DNA of 64,000 bases from the sequence record MK373774.1; one strand, 5' to 3'. The notes beneath the pieces were generated by a model, which saw only the letters and a list, made by a program, of their open reading frames with translations, was not told the origin of the DNA and searched no databases. A program made the position numbers and the translations under genes. This DNA comes from Escherichia phage vB_EcoM_WFL6982. Below, one piece after another: positions 10,322 to 19,144 of this stretch (its first letter is position 1; every line of letters begins with the position of its first letter).

Positions 10322-10561
10322 CTATTTTTTAAGCATGAAAAGCAAGTAATTTGTATCGCGTGGAGTAATATCAACACCCATATCAAAGACGCCTTTATAG
10401 ATTGGGTATTTGTTTTCGGTTGTATCGAAGCTGAAACTATTTCCATCACATCTAACAGTAATAGCATCTGTTAAAATGTCATACTCAATCCTAACAATTG
10501 AATCCCCAATTTTAACGTCGAGGTGTTTTTTGAATTTGATAAAATCTAATTCTTGGGCCAT
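10322..10561 (-). CDS. Hypothetical protein (79 aa)
   Basis: Track ORF; ATG start preceded by GAGGAAAA SD and an early-type promoter. Confidence 0.5.
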   Translation of the reverse strand: MAQELDFIKFKKHLDVKIGDSIVRIEYDILTDAITVRCDGNSFSFDTTENKYPIYKGVFDMGVDITPRDTNYLLFMLKK

Positions 10562-10581
10562 GATATTTTCCTCATTTTAAG

Positions 10582-10621
10582 ACGATAGGAAGATAATAAC
10601 ATGTCTTCCTATCGTTGTACA
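10582..10621 (-). promoter_or_regulatory. Early-type promoter inside a 12-bp perfect inverted repeat
   Basis: Minus strand: TGTACA (-35-like), arm ACGATAGGAAGA, extended -10 ATGTTATTAT, arm TCTTCCTATCGT, then SD and ATG of ORF 10322..10561. Approximate coordinates. Confidence 0.5.
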
Positions 10622-10624
10622 TTA

Positions 10625-10825
10625 TTAACCGAACTTTTTAGCGCCTTTCCAGCCTTCGTACATAACTGCACAAGTCAGTAGTACAGCGTGCTGGCATTCT
10701 TTGTATTTGTAAATCCAGAACCAGCGTAAGAAGTCTTCATCCTCAACGCCGTTGAGTTTCATATTGGCAAAGAATTCGGCACGTTCTTCACGAAGCTTTT
10801 GCGATAACATAGATTCAGGATTCAT
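10625..10825 (-). CDS. Hypothetical protein (66 aa)
   Basis: Track ORF. Confidence 0.4.
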   Translation of the reverse strand: MNPESMLSQKLREERAEFFANMKLNGVEDEDFLRWFWIYKYKECQHAVLLTCAVMYEGWKGAKKFG

Positions 10826-10956
10826 TTTGTGTTCCAGGCCCCATTTTCATCGATGAACTTAATCCAGTCATTTACAGACCATTTAGTTGTATCACCCTTT
10901 GGATTAACATTTAAAGTATATAATCCCTGCTTAAAAAGCATTCGTTTGATATTCAT
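10822..10956 (-). CDS. Small hypothetical protein
   Basis: Track ORF 10822..11049 overlaps the next ORF; an internal ATG (MNIKRMLFKQGLY...) with GAGGAAA SD would give a 44-aa product without overlap. Confidence 0.3.
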   Translation of the reverse strand: MNIKRMLFKQGLYTLNVNPKGDTTKWSVNDWIKFIDENGAWNTK

Positions 10957-10963
10957 AATTTCC

Positions 10964-11284
10964 TCAACTGTAACGATAACATTCGTTAGCTTTACGTTTG
11001 GCTTCAGTATGAGAAGTATTATAATCATACTCTTCTTTACTGTAAACATCTTTTTTCAACTTACGAACTTCTTTGCGGAGTTGTCGATTCATTTCATTCT
11101 TGACTTCAGAATCAACGCCTTTCATACGTTTCCATTTATCTGAGCGGAAAATGTTTTCAACCATGTCTTTGTGGCTAACACCGTCAGGAGCTTTACGCTT
11201 ACCAAAATAGTCGTAATCGCGAACTTTCAAATCTTTACGACGATATGTTTTACCCATAAGTACCTCAGAGGTTGATTGATACAA
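10964..11284 (-). CDS. Hypothetical basic protein (Lys/Arg-rich)
   Basis: Track ORF (TTG start as given; an internal ATG is also possible). Confidence 0.4.
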   Translation of the reverse strand: MYQSTSEVLMGKTYRRKDLKVRDYDYFGKRKAPDGVSHKDMVENIFRSDKWKRMKGVDSEVKNEMNRQLRKEVRKLKKDVYSKEEYDYNTSHTEAKRKANECYRYS

Positions 11285-11513
11285 CGCGTTTGATAAAATT
11301 CACTTCACTTACTGAAAGGTCTTTAAGACCGATTGATTCTAAACGCTGAGTAAGCGTCAACATCGGGATATAATCCCAATGAGTTTTATTTGCTTGATAA
11401 GTACGAACGCCATTAGCAATTTCAACATGCAAATCGGAAATGGTAACGAATACCAGACGCTCGTCATTAACTTTAAGGGTTAGAACAACTTTCTTTGAAT
11501 CTAAACTAATCAT
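11265..11513 (-). CDS. Hypothetical protein (82 aa)
   Basis: Track ORF. Confidence 0.4.
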   Translation of the reverse strand: MISLDSKKVVLTLKVNDERLVFVTISDLHVEIANGVRTYQANKTHWDYIPMLTLTQRLESIGLKDLSVSEVNFIKRVVSINL

Positions 11514-11854
11514 GGCTTAATTTCCTTCGCAATTGAACAGAAGATACCACGGTCACAAAGCATTTCACCAATTTCTGGATATTTGATTGAACGATACCAA
11601 ACATCCAGGCTTGAAACTCTGGTTATCTGTACGGCATTACCATTGACAGAATAGTACTGGTCAACCTTAATTTCTTTATCTTCAATTGTCATTTTGTTTT
11701 CCTCTATAGCAGATGGTTTAATCTTAACATATCTATCGAGGATGTAAACTGTTTTATGAAAATATTTTTTGATTTGAGAGGGGCACAAGGAGATAGTGAA
11801 GTGAAGATTCCAATGGATTATATTAGAAATGAGATAAAGAAGACCAGGCGGCAC
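11510..11854 (-). CDS. Hypothetical protein (114 aa)
   Basis: Track ORF upstream of the nrdH-like gene. Confidence 0.45.
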   Translation of the reverse strand: MPPGLLYLISNIIHWNLHFTISLCPSQIKKYFHKTVYILDRYVKIKPSAIEENKMTIEDKEIKVDQYYSVNGNAVQITRVSSLDVWYRSIKYPEIGEMLCDRGIFCSIAKEIKP

Positions 11855-11858
11855 CTGG

Positions 11859-12182
11859 TCAATCTTCTATGATATCAGAGTCATATCCTAATGAAATCAA
11901 GGACTTTTTAAACTCTGCAATATTCTTTTGTTTCTTATCATTTAAAAATATGACAGGATAACGAATATTAAGTGAAGTGAATCCTGCACGTTTAGCAAGA
12001 GATACGATTAAAGGACGGTCATATTCAATCTTACCATTATTAGTGAGGACTTTATAAAATGTATAAGGAGCATTGAGCTCCTTTAAAAGTTTTGTAACAG
12101 TATAACATCCTGGACAACGTCCAACTTCTTCAGGGATGCCATAAATTTCAATCTTGTTCTTTAAGTTCGAGTTTTGTTCCAC
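11859..12182 (-). CDS. nrdH: Glutaredoxin/thioredoxin-like redoxin (NrdH-like)
   Basis: C-terminal ~100 aa of track ORF 11859..12311 carries a CPGC redox motif (KIEIYGIPEEVGRCPGCY...); the long N-terminal extension overlaps the upstream ORF, so a GTG/ATT start near 12182 is assumed. Start uncertain. Confidence 0.5.
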   Translation of the reverse strand: MEQNSNLKNKIEIYGIPEEVGRCPGCYTVTKLLKELNAPYTFYKVLTNNGKIEYDRPLIVSLAKRAGFTSLNIRYPVIFLNDKKQKNIAEFKKSLISLGYDSDIIED

Positions 12183-12465
12183 GAGAAATAATTCCTTGGT
12201 AAGCCCAATAAGGAGGATTAACAGAATCCTCACCAGAGTTTTCTTCAGGAAAATAAACCTGGATAACGAAGCCGGATTCATCAAAGGTAAAATAAACCGT
12301 AGGCAGTTCACCTAACAAATCGGCACGAGCGTTGATTTCTTCGAGGTCTTGTTCACGTCCAGCCCAGAAGCTTGGGTTCAGACTACATTCATAGAAATAA
12401 TAGTCATTACCGAACATATCAAAACCATTCCAACTCTCTACTACATACCGCTCAAAACTAATCAT
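12148..12465 (-). CDS. Hypothetical protein (105 aa)
   Basis: Track ORF. Confidence 0.4.
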   Translation of the reverse strand: MISFERYVVESWNGFDMFGNDYYFYECSLNPSFWAGREQDLEEINARADLLGELPTVYFTFDESGFVIQVYFPEENSGEDSVNPPYWAYQGIISRGTKLELKEQD

Positions 12466-12467
12466 AA

Positions 12468-12683
12468 TTAAGCCTTTTTATCAAGAACAGAATTCAGTTT
12501 ATTAGTAATTTTGTCCAAACGTTCATTGAATTCGCTGGAGGATAAACCCTTTTCTGGAGAAATTAAACTAATCACGAAAAATACACCAGTAAAAGGAATA
12601 AGAAAAATAGCTCCAACTGCCATAAACAAAAAGAACGTTACAGTTGTAAGAAAATCAGCTAAACCTTTACGAAATTTGTACAT
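12468..12683 (-). CDS. Small membrane protein (71 aa)
   Basis: Hydrophobic stretch TTVTFFLFMAVGAIFLIPFTGVFFVISLI. Confidence 0.45.
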   Translation of the reverse strand: MYKFRKGLADFLTTVTFFLFMAVGAIFLIPFTGVFFVISLISPEKGLSSSEFNERLDKITNKLNSVLDKKA

Positions 12684-12797
12684 ATTTACCCTTAATTAAT
12701 TAACCAAGCATTGATAAGCACTAAACCATATTGCGAATAAAATTCTGGACCAAAATGAAAAATCATATCATTTATAGTATCCATAATGTAATTCAAT

Positions 12798-13268
12798 TTA
12801 ATCATGTTTCCACACCCCATCGGTATTTGACCAAAGTCGCTGATTATCTGATCCTCGCCACAGCTTTTTAGTCGGAAGATTTTTCTCATACTTCCCATCA
12901 ATAATAACATCAACATATTTAAGCATTTCTAGCTGTTTAATATCTTCAAACTTATATCCTGTCCACAACCAAATGCTTTTATTAGGATAAAGATTTTTTA
13001 CTGTTTGAACAATGCAATGAATAACATCTCGGTTATCAGGATAGAGAGGGTCACCTCCGGTTATAGTTAATCCTTCTATATAATCATTATTCAAACATTC
13101 AATTAATTGTTCTAGTGTCTCTCCAGTGAATGGAATACCATTTCTAGCATTCCATGTTGATTTATTATAACACCCTTCGCATTTATGCAAACAACCCGTA
13201 ACGAAAAGAACGACCCTGCAACCAGGGCCATTCACAAAATCGCAAGGATAAAATCTATCATAATTCAT
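12798..13268 (-). CDS. nrdG: Anaerobic ribonucleotide reductase activating protein NrdG (radical SAM)
   Basis: 156 aa; CxxxCxxC cluster (CLHKCEGCYNK); same length as T4 NrdG. Confidence 0.9.
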   Translation of the reverse strand: MNYDRFYPCDFVNGPGCRVVLFVTGCLHKCEGCYNKSTWNARNGIPFTGETLEQLIECLNNDYIEGLTITGGDPLYPDNRDVIHCIVQTVKNLYPNKSIWLWTGYKFEDIKQLEMLKYVDVIIDGKYEKNLPTKKLWRGSDNQRLWSNTDGVWKHD

Positions 13269-15082
13269 TGGTGTTTAACCCTATGCATGATTTCTTTATT
13301 TTTACCGAGATTAAATCCGCGTTCGTTCGGATTTCCCAAATATCCGCATGTTCTTCTTATGGTGTTCATCTTTTTAGGATCAGTTTCTCCGCAAACTGAA
13401 CAAACAAATCCGTTTTCAGTAGGAGTCATTTCATGGGTACTTCCACATGTAAAACATTTATCTACTGGCATATTAACACCAAAATAATCTAAATGTTGTG
13501 CAGCATAATCCCAGACGGCCTCAAGTCCCTTTAAATTGTTTTTCATATCTGGAAGTTCAACATAAGAAATGTGACCGCCTGTCGCAATGAAATGATACGG
13601 CGCTTCACGAGAAATCTTTTCAAACGGAGTAATATTTTCTTCTACTGAAACATGGAAACTATTAGTGTACCAGCCTTTATCGGTAACATCTTTTACACTT
13701 CCATATTTTTCTGTATCGAGTTTACAGAAGCGATAACAAAGGTTTTCAGCAGGAGTAGAATACAAGCTAAAAGCAAATCCAGTTCTTTCGGTCCACTGTT
13801 TAAGATGAGCATTCATTTTAGTTAAAATTTCTTGCCCAATATCACGACCGACAAGAATATTCAATTCGTGAATACCAATGTATCCTAAAGACACTGAACT
13901 TCTACCGTTTTTAAATAACTCAATTATATCGTCATCAGGTTTAAGGCGAACCCCGAATGCACCTTCTTGGTAAAGAATAGGAGCAACAGTCGCTTTAACT
14001 CCTTTTAAGGAACTAATTCTACACATCAAAGCTTCAAAACACAGGTCCATTCGTTCGTTAAATAGCTCAACAAATTTCTGTTCATTGAACTGTGTTCCAA
14101 TATAAGAATCTAACGCAATACGAGGAAGATTCAGTGTTACAACACCAAGATTATTACGTCCATCAAGAATTTCATTACCAGTCGAATCTTTCCATACGCT
14201 CAAGAAACTACGGCAACCCATTGGAGAAACTGGAACTGAAGAACCGGTAATAGCTTTATTATTCTTAACCGAAATAATGTCAGGATACATTCTTTTGCTT
14301 GCACATTCTAACGCAAGTTGTTTAATATCATAGTTTGGATCATCTTTATAAAGATTAACACCTTCTTCAACAAACATAACAAGTTTAGGAAAAATAGGAG
14401 TTATTCCATCACGACCAAGACCTTTAATGCGGTTTTTAAGAATTGCCTTCTGAATCATTCGTTCAGTCCAGTCAGTTCCCGTACCAAATGTAATTGTTAC
14501 AAAAGGCGTTTGTCCGTTTGAACTAAAGAGAGTATTTACTTCGTATTCATAAGCTTGGAATGCGTCATAGACATCTTTTTCTGTTTTAGATTGAGCATAA
14601 TTCAACGCATCAGCGATTTGCCATTTTTCTGCATCTTCAACATGTTTAGCGTATGTGCGTTTAACATAAGGAGAAAGAACTTTATCTACATTCGCAAATG
14701 TAGTTCCGCCATACTGGTGTGAAGCAACTTGTGCGGTAATTTGTGCCATAATTGCAGTAGCAACACCAATAGATTTAGGCGTTTCAATTTGAGCATTGCC
14801 TAATTTAAATCCATTCTCAAGCATCCCCTTTAAATCGACTAAACAGCAATTGGTAAACGGAAGAGCAGGAGAATAATCAATATCATGCATGTGAATGATT
14901 CCGCTTTCATGCGCATTCATAATAAAAGACGGGACCATATTTTTGGCAATGTGTTTAGACACAATACCAGCCATAAGGTCCCGTTGAGTTGGAAAAACAC
15001 GAGAATCTTTATTAGCATTCTCGTTCAAAAGATCTTTATTAGTTTTATAAATTAATCCTTCAATTTCTTTTTCAATTTTCAT
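13265..15082 (-). CDS. nrdD: Anaerobic ribonucleoside-triphosphate reductase NrdD
   Basis: 605 aa, C-terminal glycyl-radical motif RRTCGYLGNP and CxxC zinc site; one uninterrupted ORF. Confidence 0.95.
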   Translation of the reverse strand: MKIEKEIEGLIYKTNKDLLNENANKDSRVFPTQRDLMAGIVSKHIAKNMVPSFIMNAHESGIIHMHDIDYSPALPFTNCCLVDLKGMLENGFKLGNAQIETPKSIGVATAIMAQITAQVASHQYGGTTFANVDKVLSPYVKRTYAKHVEDAEKWQIADALNYAQSKTEKDVYDAFQAYEYEVNTLFSSNGQTPFVTITFGTGTDWTERMIQKAILKNRIKGLGRDGITPIFPKLVMFVEEGVNLYKDDPNYDIKQLALECASKRMYPDIISVKNNKAITGSSVPVSPMGCRSFLSVWKDSTGNEILDGRNNLGVVTLNLPRIALDSYIGTQFNEQKFVELFNERMDLCFEALMCRISSLKGVKATVAPILYQEGAFGVRLKPDDDIIELFKNGRSSVSLGYIGIHELNILVGRDIGQEILTKMNAHLKQWTERTGFAFSLYSTPAENLCYRFCKLDTEKYGSVKDVTDKGWYTNSFHVSVEENITPFEKISREAPYHFIATGGHISYVELPDMKNNLKGLEAVWDYAAQHLDYFGVNMPVDKCFTCGSTHEMTPTENGFVCSVCGETDPKKMNTIRRTCGYLGNPNERGFNLGKNKEIMHRVKHQ

Positions 15083-15552
15083 TTTAAACTCTTTCTAAGC
15101 TGCTTTTTGAATGAAGCTATTAATTGTGTTTTAGTATCAGATTCATTATATTCAAATCCTCTTTGAAGCATCTCGGACATCATTTCCTCTTTACCTAGTC
15201 TTGAGAACTCTTTAGTTTTGTCTGGAACAAAATTAGGATGGATATTATTATCAGAATAATCTTGTTTCAAATAAGCAAGAAGAGATTCAAGCCATTCGAG
15301 GTAGTCGACATCACGACCTTTAAGACCAGAACGGTTGAACTTATGCTTCATTTGGCCTTCTGCTGCGTTGCACAGATTACAGAGTAACCCACGAACTCTA
15401 CCTGCTTTTGGCCCGTTTAATTCGTGGTCGTGGTCAAGATGGTTACCTTGAACATCAGGGTCTAATTCACGGTGGCAAATAGGACACTTACCGTTCTGTG
15501 CATCATAAAATTTTTGTTTTTCTTCTTTGTATAATTTGCCAGATAATAACAT
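15079..15552 (-). CDS. 49: Endonuclease VII (Holliday junction resolvase)
   Basis: 157 aa MLLSGKLYKEEKQKFYDAQNGKCPICHRELDPDVQGNHLDHDHELNGPKAG... near-identical to T4 gp49. Confidence 0.95.
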   Translation of the reverse strand: MLLSGKLYKEEKQKFYDAQNGKCPICHRELDPDVQGNHLDHDHELNGPKAGRVRGLLCNLCNAAEGQMKHKFNRSGLKGRDVDYLEWLESLLAYLKQDYSDNNIHPNFVPDKTKEFSRLGKEEMMSEMLQRGFEYNESDTKTQLIASFKKQLRKSLK

Positions 15553-15606
15553 AATAAACCCTTACCATATATAGATAAGGGTATTTATAATTTAGTAAAC
15601 GTTATA

Positions 15607-15771
15607 AAAGTCTCGATGAAAACGTTTATACTGTCGAATCATTCTTTTAGTAGGACGTGTTACCGAAATGATTGAAGTCCTCATGTTCGGATTGTTTGGA
15701 GCCCCAATCATAATAAATTTCCAGGATTTTTGGCCGTTTGTTCTTTCGCCATAAAATAGTTCAGTTTTCAT
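15607..15771 (-). CDS. Small basic protein, paralog A (~54 aa)
   Basis: Hand-translated: MKTELFYGERTNGQKSWKFIMIGAPNNPNMRTSIISVTRPTKRMIRQYKRFHRDFYNVY; shares the architecture ...NG(Q/K)...W...RPTKR...KR.HR.FY with ORF 16196..16366. Approximate coordinates. Confidence 0.4.
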
Positions 15772-15780
15772 AATAAACCT

Positions 15781-16194
15781 TTAACTTAAACGTCTTTCTA
15801 AATATTCAATGTATTCCGCTGCGGCTTGCATCAGATTACCTTCATAACCGTCATTATTTTCTTGGGCGGCTAATTTAGCTAAAGCATAAGAAATACGTTC
15901 ACCTTCGAATTCGCCAAGTCCACCATCACAAACTACTTGGTCAATTTCTTCGAGTTCATCTATTGAATGGGATTCCCAGAAGCACCAAAGAGAAGTATCA
16001 CGGTCATAGATGCAAAGTTTCTCACCTGTGTTCAACATCACTTCAATAATGCCATGGTCGCCATAACCATCTTCGGTAGTAGTACCAATTACCTTGATGA
16101 TCGTATCTTTCTTTAATTCAGGAAACTTGACTTGTAGTTCTTCATCTTCTTTAACAATCTTGAACCATTTACCGCGAGTTTCAGAAATATTCAT
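15781..16194 (-). CDS. Hypothetical acidic protein
   Basis: Track ORF 15781..16332; likely start at internal ATG (MNISETRGKWFKIVKEDEELQ...), which abuts the upstream small ORF stop. Confidence 0.45.
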   Translation of the reverse strand: MNISETRGKWFKIVKEDEELQVKFPELKKDTIIKVIGTTTEDGYGDHGIIEVMLNTGEKLCIYDRDTSLWCFWESHSIDELEEIDQVVCDGGLGEFEGERISYALAKLAAQENNDGYEGNLMQAAAEYIEYLERRLS

Positions 16195-16195
16195 A

Positions 16196-16366
16196 TCAAT
16201 ATTCTCTATAAAAGTTACGATGAGAACGTTTAGCTTTGCGAAGCTGACGTTTAGTAGGACGAACTGTAAATGGTTGTCCAGAGAAAAAATTCGGATCGGT
16301 TTTAATAAGCAAATACCAATCATGCTTGCCATTTTTTAATAAACGGTACAATAATTTAACTTGCAT
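16196..16366 (-). CDS. Small basic protein, paralog B (~56 aa)
   Basis: Track ORF 16196..16393; from internal ATG MQVKLLYRLLKNGKHDWYLLIKTDPNFFSGQPFTVRPTKRQLRKAKRSHRNFYREY; SD GGAG upstream. Confidence 0.45.
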   Translation of the reverse strand: MQVKLLYRLLKNGKHDWYLLIKTDPNFFSGQPFTVRPTKRQLRKAKRSHRNFYREY

Positions 16367-16494
16367 AATAATCTCTTCCCATCTCCATATCAATTAATTC
16401 ATTTATTGAAGGTTCATCATAACACGTTTCTTCGTCGTTGTAAACTGTTTCGACGTCTGGCTCGACTGTCTCCCATCGAGCCGAATACCATGGC

Positions 16495-16851
16495 TTAACC
16501 CCGGAGTTTATTGAGCTCTTCATAATCAATCCAGGATTCTAGCCCTGACGGCAGGTCACATTCAATGTTCCACAGAAGCTCTTCAATGGCTTGCAGGCGA
16601 TTATATTCTTCAACGGTAATGGTAACCATTGGTGCAACCGGTTCTGCCTTTTTAACCATCATGTCGTTCATCAGGACGTAAAGGTCATCACGAACGACAG
16701 TGTCGTTCCAACCCCATGATTTGGCTTCGTAAGCTAATGATGAAGGGAGCACATTTAAAACTTCAATAATAGTTGGAGCATCAGGACCAAGTTCATTGGC
16801 ACAAACTTCGTATACATCCTGGAAATCTTTAAGATTTAATGAATATGTCAT
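16495..16851 (-). CDS. Hypothetical protein (118 aa)
   Basis: Track ORF. Confidence 0.45.
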   Translation of the reverse strand: MTYSLNLKDFQDVYEVCANELGPDAPTIIEVLNVLPSSLAYEAKSWGWNDTVVRDDLYVLMNDMMVKKAEPVAPMVTITVEEYNRLQAIEELLWNIECDLPSGLESWIDYEELNKLRG

Positions 16852-16869
16852 TTAAAATTTTCTCGCAGG

Positions 16870-17166
16870 TTATTGTTCTACCCATGAACAAGAGACTTCA
16901 AAATCAGGACCACCGTATTCCCAGTGATATTCACCAACAGGAATCCAGTCACCGTGCTCGTTTTCTTCATAGTCCTCAGGCTCAAGGCCAACGAATCGCC
17001 ATTGGACACCGATGATTCGATTACCCATCATTACTCGAAATTCGCCCCATGGATTATCGATAGCATACTGAATATCGTTCTTGGCACGAGAGCACATTTC
17101 TTGATATAATAAAGCTTCTAATTCACCCTGGTCATAAGGGCCAGGGAAAGTTAAATCAATACTCAT
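16870..17166 (-). CDS. Hypothetical protein (98 aa)
   Basis: Track ORF; Trp/Glu-rich. Confidence 0.45.
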   Translation of the reverse strand: MSIDLTFPGPYDQGELEALLYQEMCSRAKNDIQYAIDNPWGEFRVMMGNRIIGVQWRFVGLEPEDYEENEHGDWIPVGEYHWEYGGPDFEVSCSWVEQ

Positions 17167-17426
17167 TTAAAATATTCTCGTAGTTGGTCAAATCCACCAA
17201 TGTGACTTCCGTCAGGAGCAAACACCTGAGGCATAGTCAATCCAACTTGTGATTCACGTCCAAGCTTAACCAGAAGCTCAGTAATTTTCTCATCATCGAA
17301 CACACCTTTTTCCGGCATAACATTAATGAATTCGAATGGTTGTTTCTTAACAGTCAGCAATCGTTTCGCATTATCACAATAAATGCATTTATGAATAGTA
17401 GAGTCATACCCGTACACTTTAAACAT
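17163..17426 (-). CDS. nrdC: Thioredoxin/glutaredoxin NrdC
   Basis: From internal ATG MFKVYGYDSTIHKCIYCDNAKRLLTVKKQPFEFINVMPEKGVFDDEKI... with CxYC active site; T4 NrdC-like. Confidence 0.9.
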   Translation of the reverse strand: MFKVYGYDSTIHKCIYCDNAKRLLTVKKQPFEFINVMPEKGVFDDEKITELLVKLGRESQVGLTMPQVFAPDGSHIGGFDQLREYFK

Positions 17427-17832
17427 TATTTTTCCTTTCATCGATTAAATATGCAATGCCAAATACAATACATGTAATAAAACCTGTGATACAGATAGAA
17501 ACCAACAATACTGTACCAAAGAACCAAATCAAGTTATCTTTGGTAGTTTGTTTGATATCCATCTCACGAATTTCTATAGCTATCGTATCACCTTTATTCA
17601 GAAGCGTATAAAACGATGGCGATACACGCCTGTCAAAAACTCGTCCTTGCTCATCTTTATAGACTGCAATAAATTCTAATTTAGAATATTTTCCTGTAGA
17701 TTGGCCTGAGATTAATTCCACTACCTCCACAGGAATTACTTTAGTTTCCATGTAAGTATTCTGGCTGTTCCAAATGAATGGAATAATAGCAAAAACTAAA
17801 GCTGTGATAAAACAACGAAGGCTATATCTCAT
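17419..17832 (-). CDS. Membrane protein (137 aa)
   Basis: N- and C-terminal hydrophobic helices (ALVFAIIPFIW; IWFFGTVLLVSICITGFITCIVFGIAYLI). Confidence 0.5.
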   Translation of the reverse strand: MRYSLRCFITALVFAIIPFIWNSQNTYMETKVIPVEVVELISGQSTGKYSKLEFIAVYKDEQGRVFDRRVSPSFYTLLNKGDTIAIEIREMDIKQTTKDNLIWFFGTVLLVSICITGFITCIVFGIAYLIDERKNNV

Positions 17833-18137
17833 TATAATGTTCTCTCAAATTTGTGGAAGCATTTACGGCATTTCAATTTCAAGTTATCAGTTGTCCAGTT
17901 AACCAGTTGGACTTGGATAGTTCCACATTCCGGGCATGGATGTTTTGCTGCCGATTTAGCAGCATTTTCACGTCGTTCAACCATTTTCATTATTTCGTTC
18001 CATGCCGGAGGAACAAACTCTTCTTCACCGTGGATTTTATCTCGCTGAACAAATTCAATCTTTGAACTATCGTCAATAAACTTAACCAAGCCATGATTAG
18101 TGCTCATATCAATATCCTCTAAAAGACGTAGTTTCAT
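17832..18137 (-). CDS. Zinc-ribbon protein (101 aa)
   Basis: C-terminal CPEC ... CRKC pair. Confidence 0.45.
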   Translation of the reverse strand: MKLRLLEDIDMSTNHGLVKFIDDSSKIEFVQRDKIHGEEEFVPPAWNEIMKMVERRENAAKSAAKHPCPECGTIQVQLVNWTTDNLKLKCRKCFHKFERTL

Positions 18138-19087
18138 TATAACACCTCAATGGCATTTCGTAAACCATCCGCTTTCGCATTCAGAGCTTTTAACGATTTA
18201 GTTTGTTCTGCAATCTGGGCTTCGACTTCTTTCAGACGAGATTTGAGGTATTCACGTTCTTCAGCCATGATATCAACCTTTTCTGCTTTAGGTTCTTTAA
18301 TAAGCTTAGGTTTATACGTATTAGGGTTCTTCAGCTTAATTCGGGTACGAGAACTGTATAACATTGAACCGTTATCTTCGGATTCGTCGAACGTTTCAAC
18401 AACATCCATAGTCTCTAACAATGTAATAAGTTTATAAGACAATGAACGAACGGTTTTGTTATGCTTATTAATTTCTTCAGCTTTCATGGTACCGAGATTA
18501 CGTGAGTAGTAATAAGGAACCTGGATATCAATTGATAATGATGCGTTACCATTACCAGTTGGTTTGAATACTGCAGTAACCCAATCTTTAACATGAACTT
18601 TATTTGTACGACCATCACCGCCCGTGAATAATTTACGAGAATGTTTAAAAAGCATATTCACTTGGTTATTGAATTCACAAGCAAATTTATCAGCAAATTT
18701 AGTTTCAGGAATTGTAGATAACCAATCAGCCAAATGAGTCTTTTTAACATCGTTAATAATAGTGAATTCAACCAAATCAGTTTTAGATGTCACAGATTTA
18801 ATAAAGCTCGGTTTCATAAAGTTTTTAATGTTATCGCGAGCTACAGTAGAAGATAATAAACGAGAACGTTTGAACCATTGAAGCAACGTCCCTAATGAAT
18901 GAGAATATGCATTTTGAGTATCTTTACAGATATGATTTTCTTGGTCTGTGTATGTACCAAAATCGCGAAGAATACCACTTACTACATCTCGGTGTGGAAC
19001 ATCAAATCCTAGTGCGCCAGTAGCGCGCTGAGCATGAACGTTAGCGATAAGGCCGGCAAAGTATTCAATGTAATGTGAACGTGTCAT
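18137..19087 (-). CDS. Hypothetical protein with C-terminal coiled coil (316 aa)
   Basis: Track ORF; C-terminal heptad-like EEREYLKSRLKEVEAQIAEQTKSLKALNAKADGLRNAIEVL. Confidence 0.5.
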   Translation of the reverse strand: MTRSHYIEYFAGLIANVHAQRATGALGFDVPHRDVVSGILRDFGTYTDQENHICKDTQNAYSHSLGTLLQWFKRSRLLSSTVARDNIKNFMKPSFIKSVTSKTDLVEFTIINDVKKTHLADWLSTIPETKFADKFACEFNNQVNMLFKHSRKLFTGGDGRTNKVHVKDWVTAVFKPTGNGNASLSIDIQVPYYYSRNLGTMKAEEINKHNKTVRSLSYKLITLLETMDVVETFDESEDNGSMLYSSRTRIKLKNPNTYKPKLIKEPKAEKVDIMAEEREYLKSRLKEVEAQIAEQTKSLKALNAKADGLRNAIEVL

Positions 19088-19144
19088 AATATTTTCCTCT
19101 CGTTAAGATAAATTCATTATACTCCAACCATCCTTGGTTGTACA

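Noticed and set aside
13265-15082. Looked for a group I intron or homing endonuclease interrupting nrdD, as in T4
   Set aside because: nrdD is a single uninterrupted 605-aa ORF through the glycyl-radical motif; no intron-like insertion is present.
16393-16499. 24-aa arginine-rich micro-ORF (MVFGSMGDSRARRRNSLQRRRNVL) between ORFs 16196..16366 and 16495..16851
   Set aside because: Too short and without a convincing ribosome site; cannot be supported from sequence alone.
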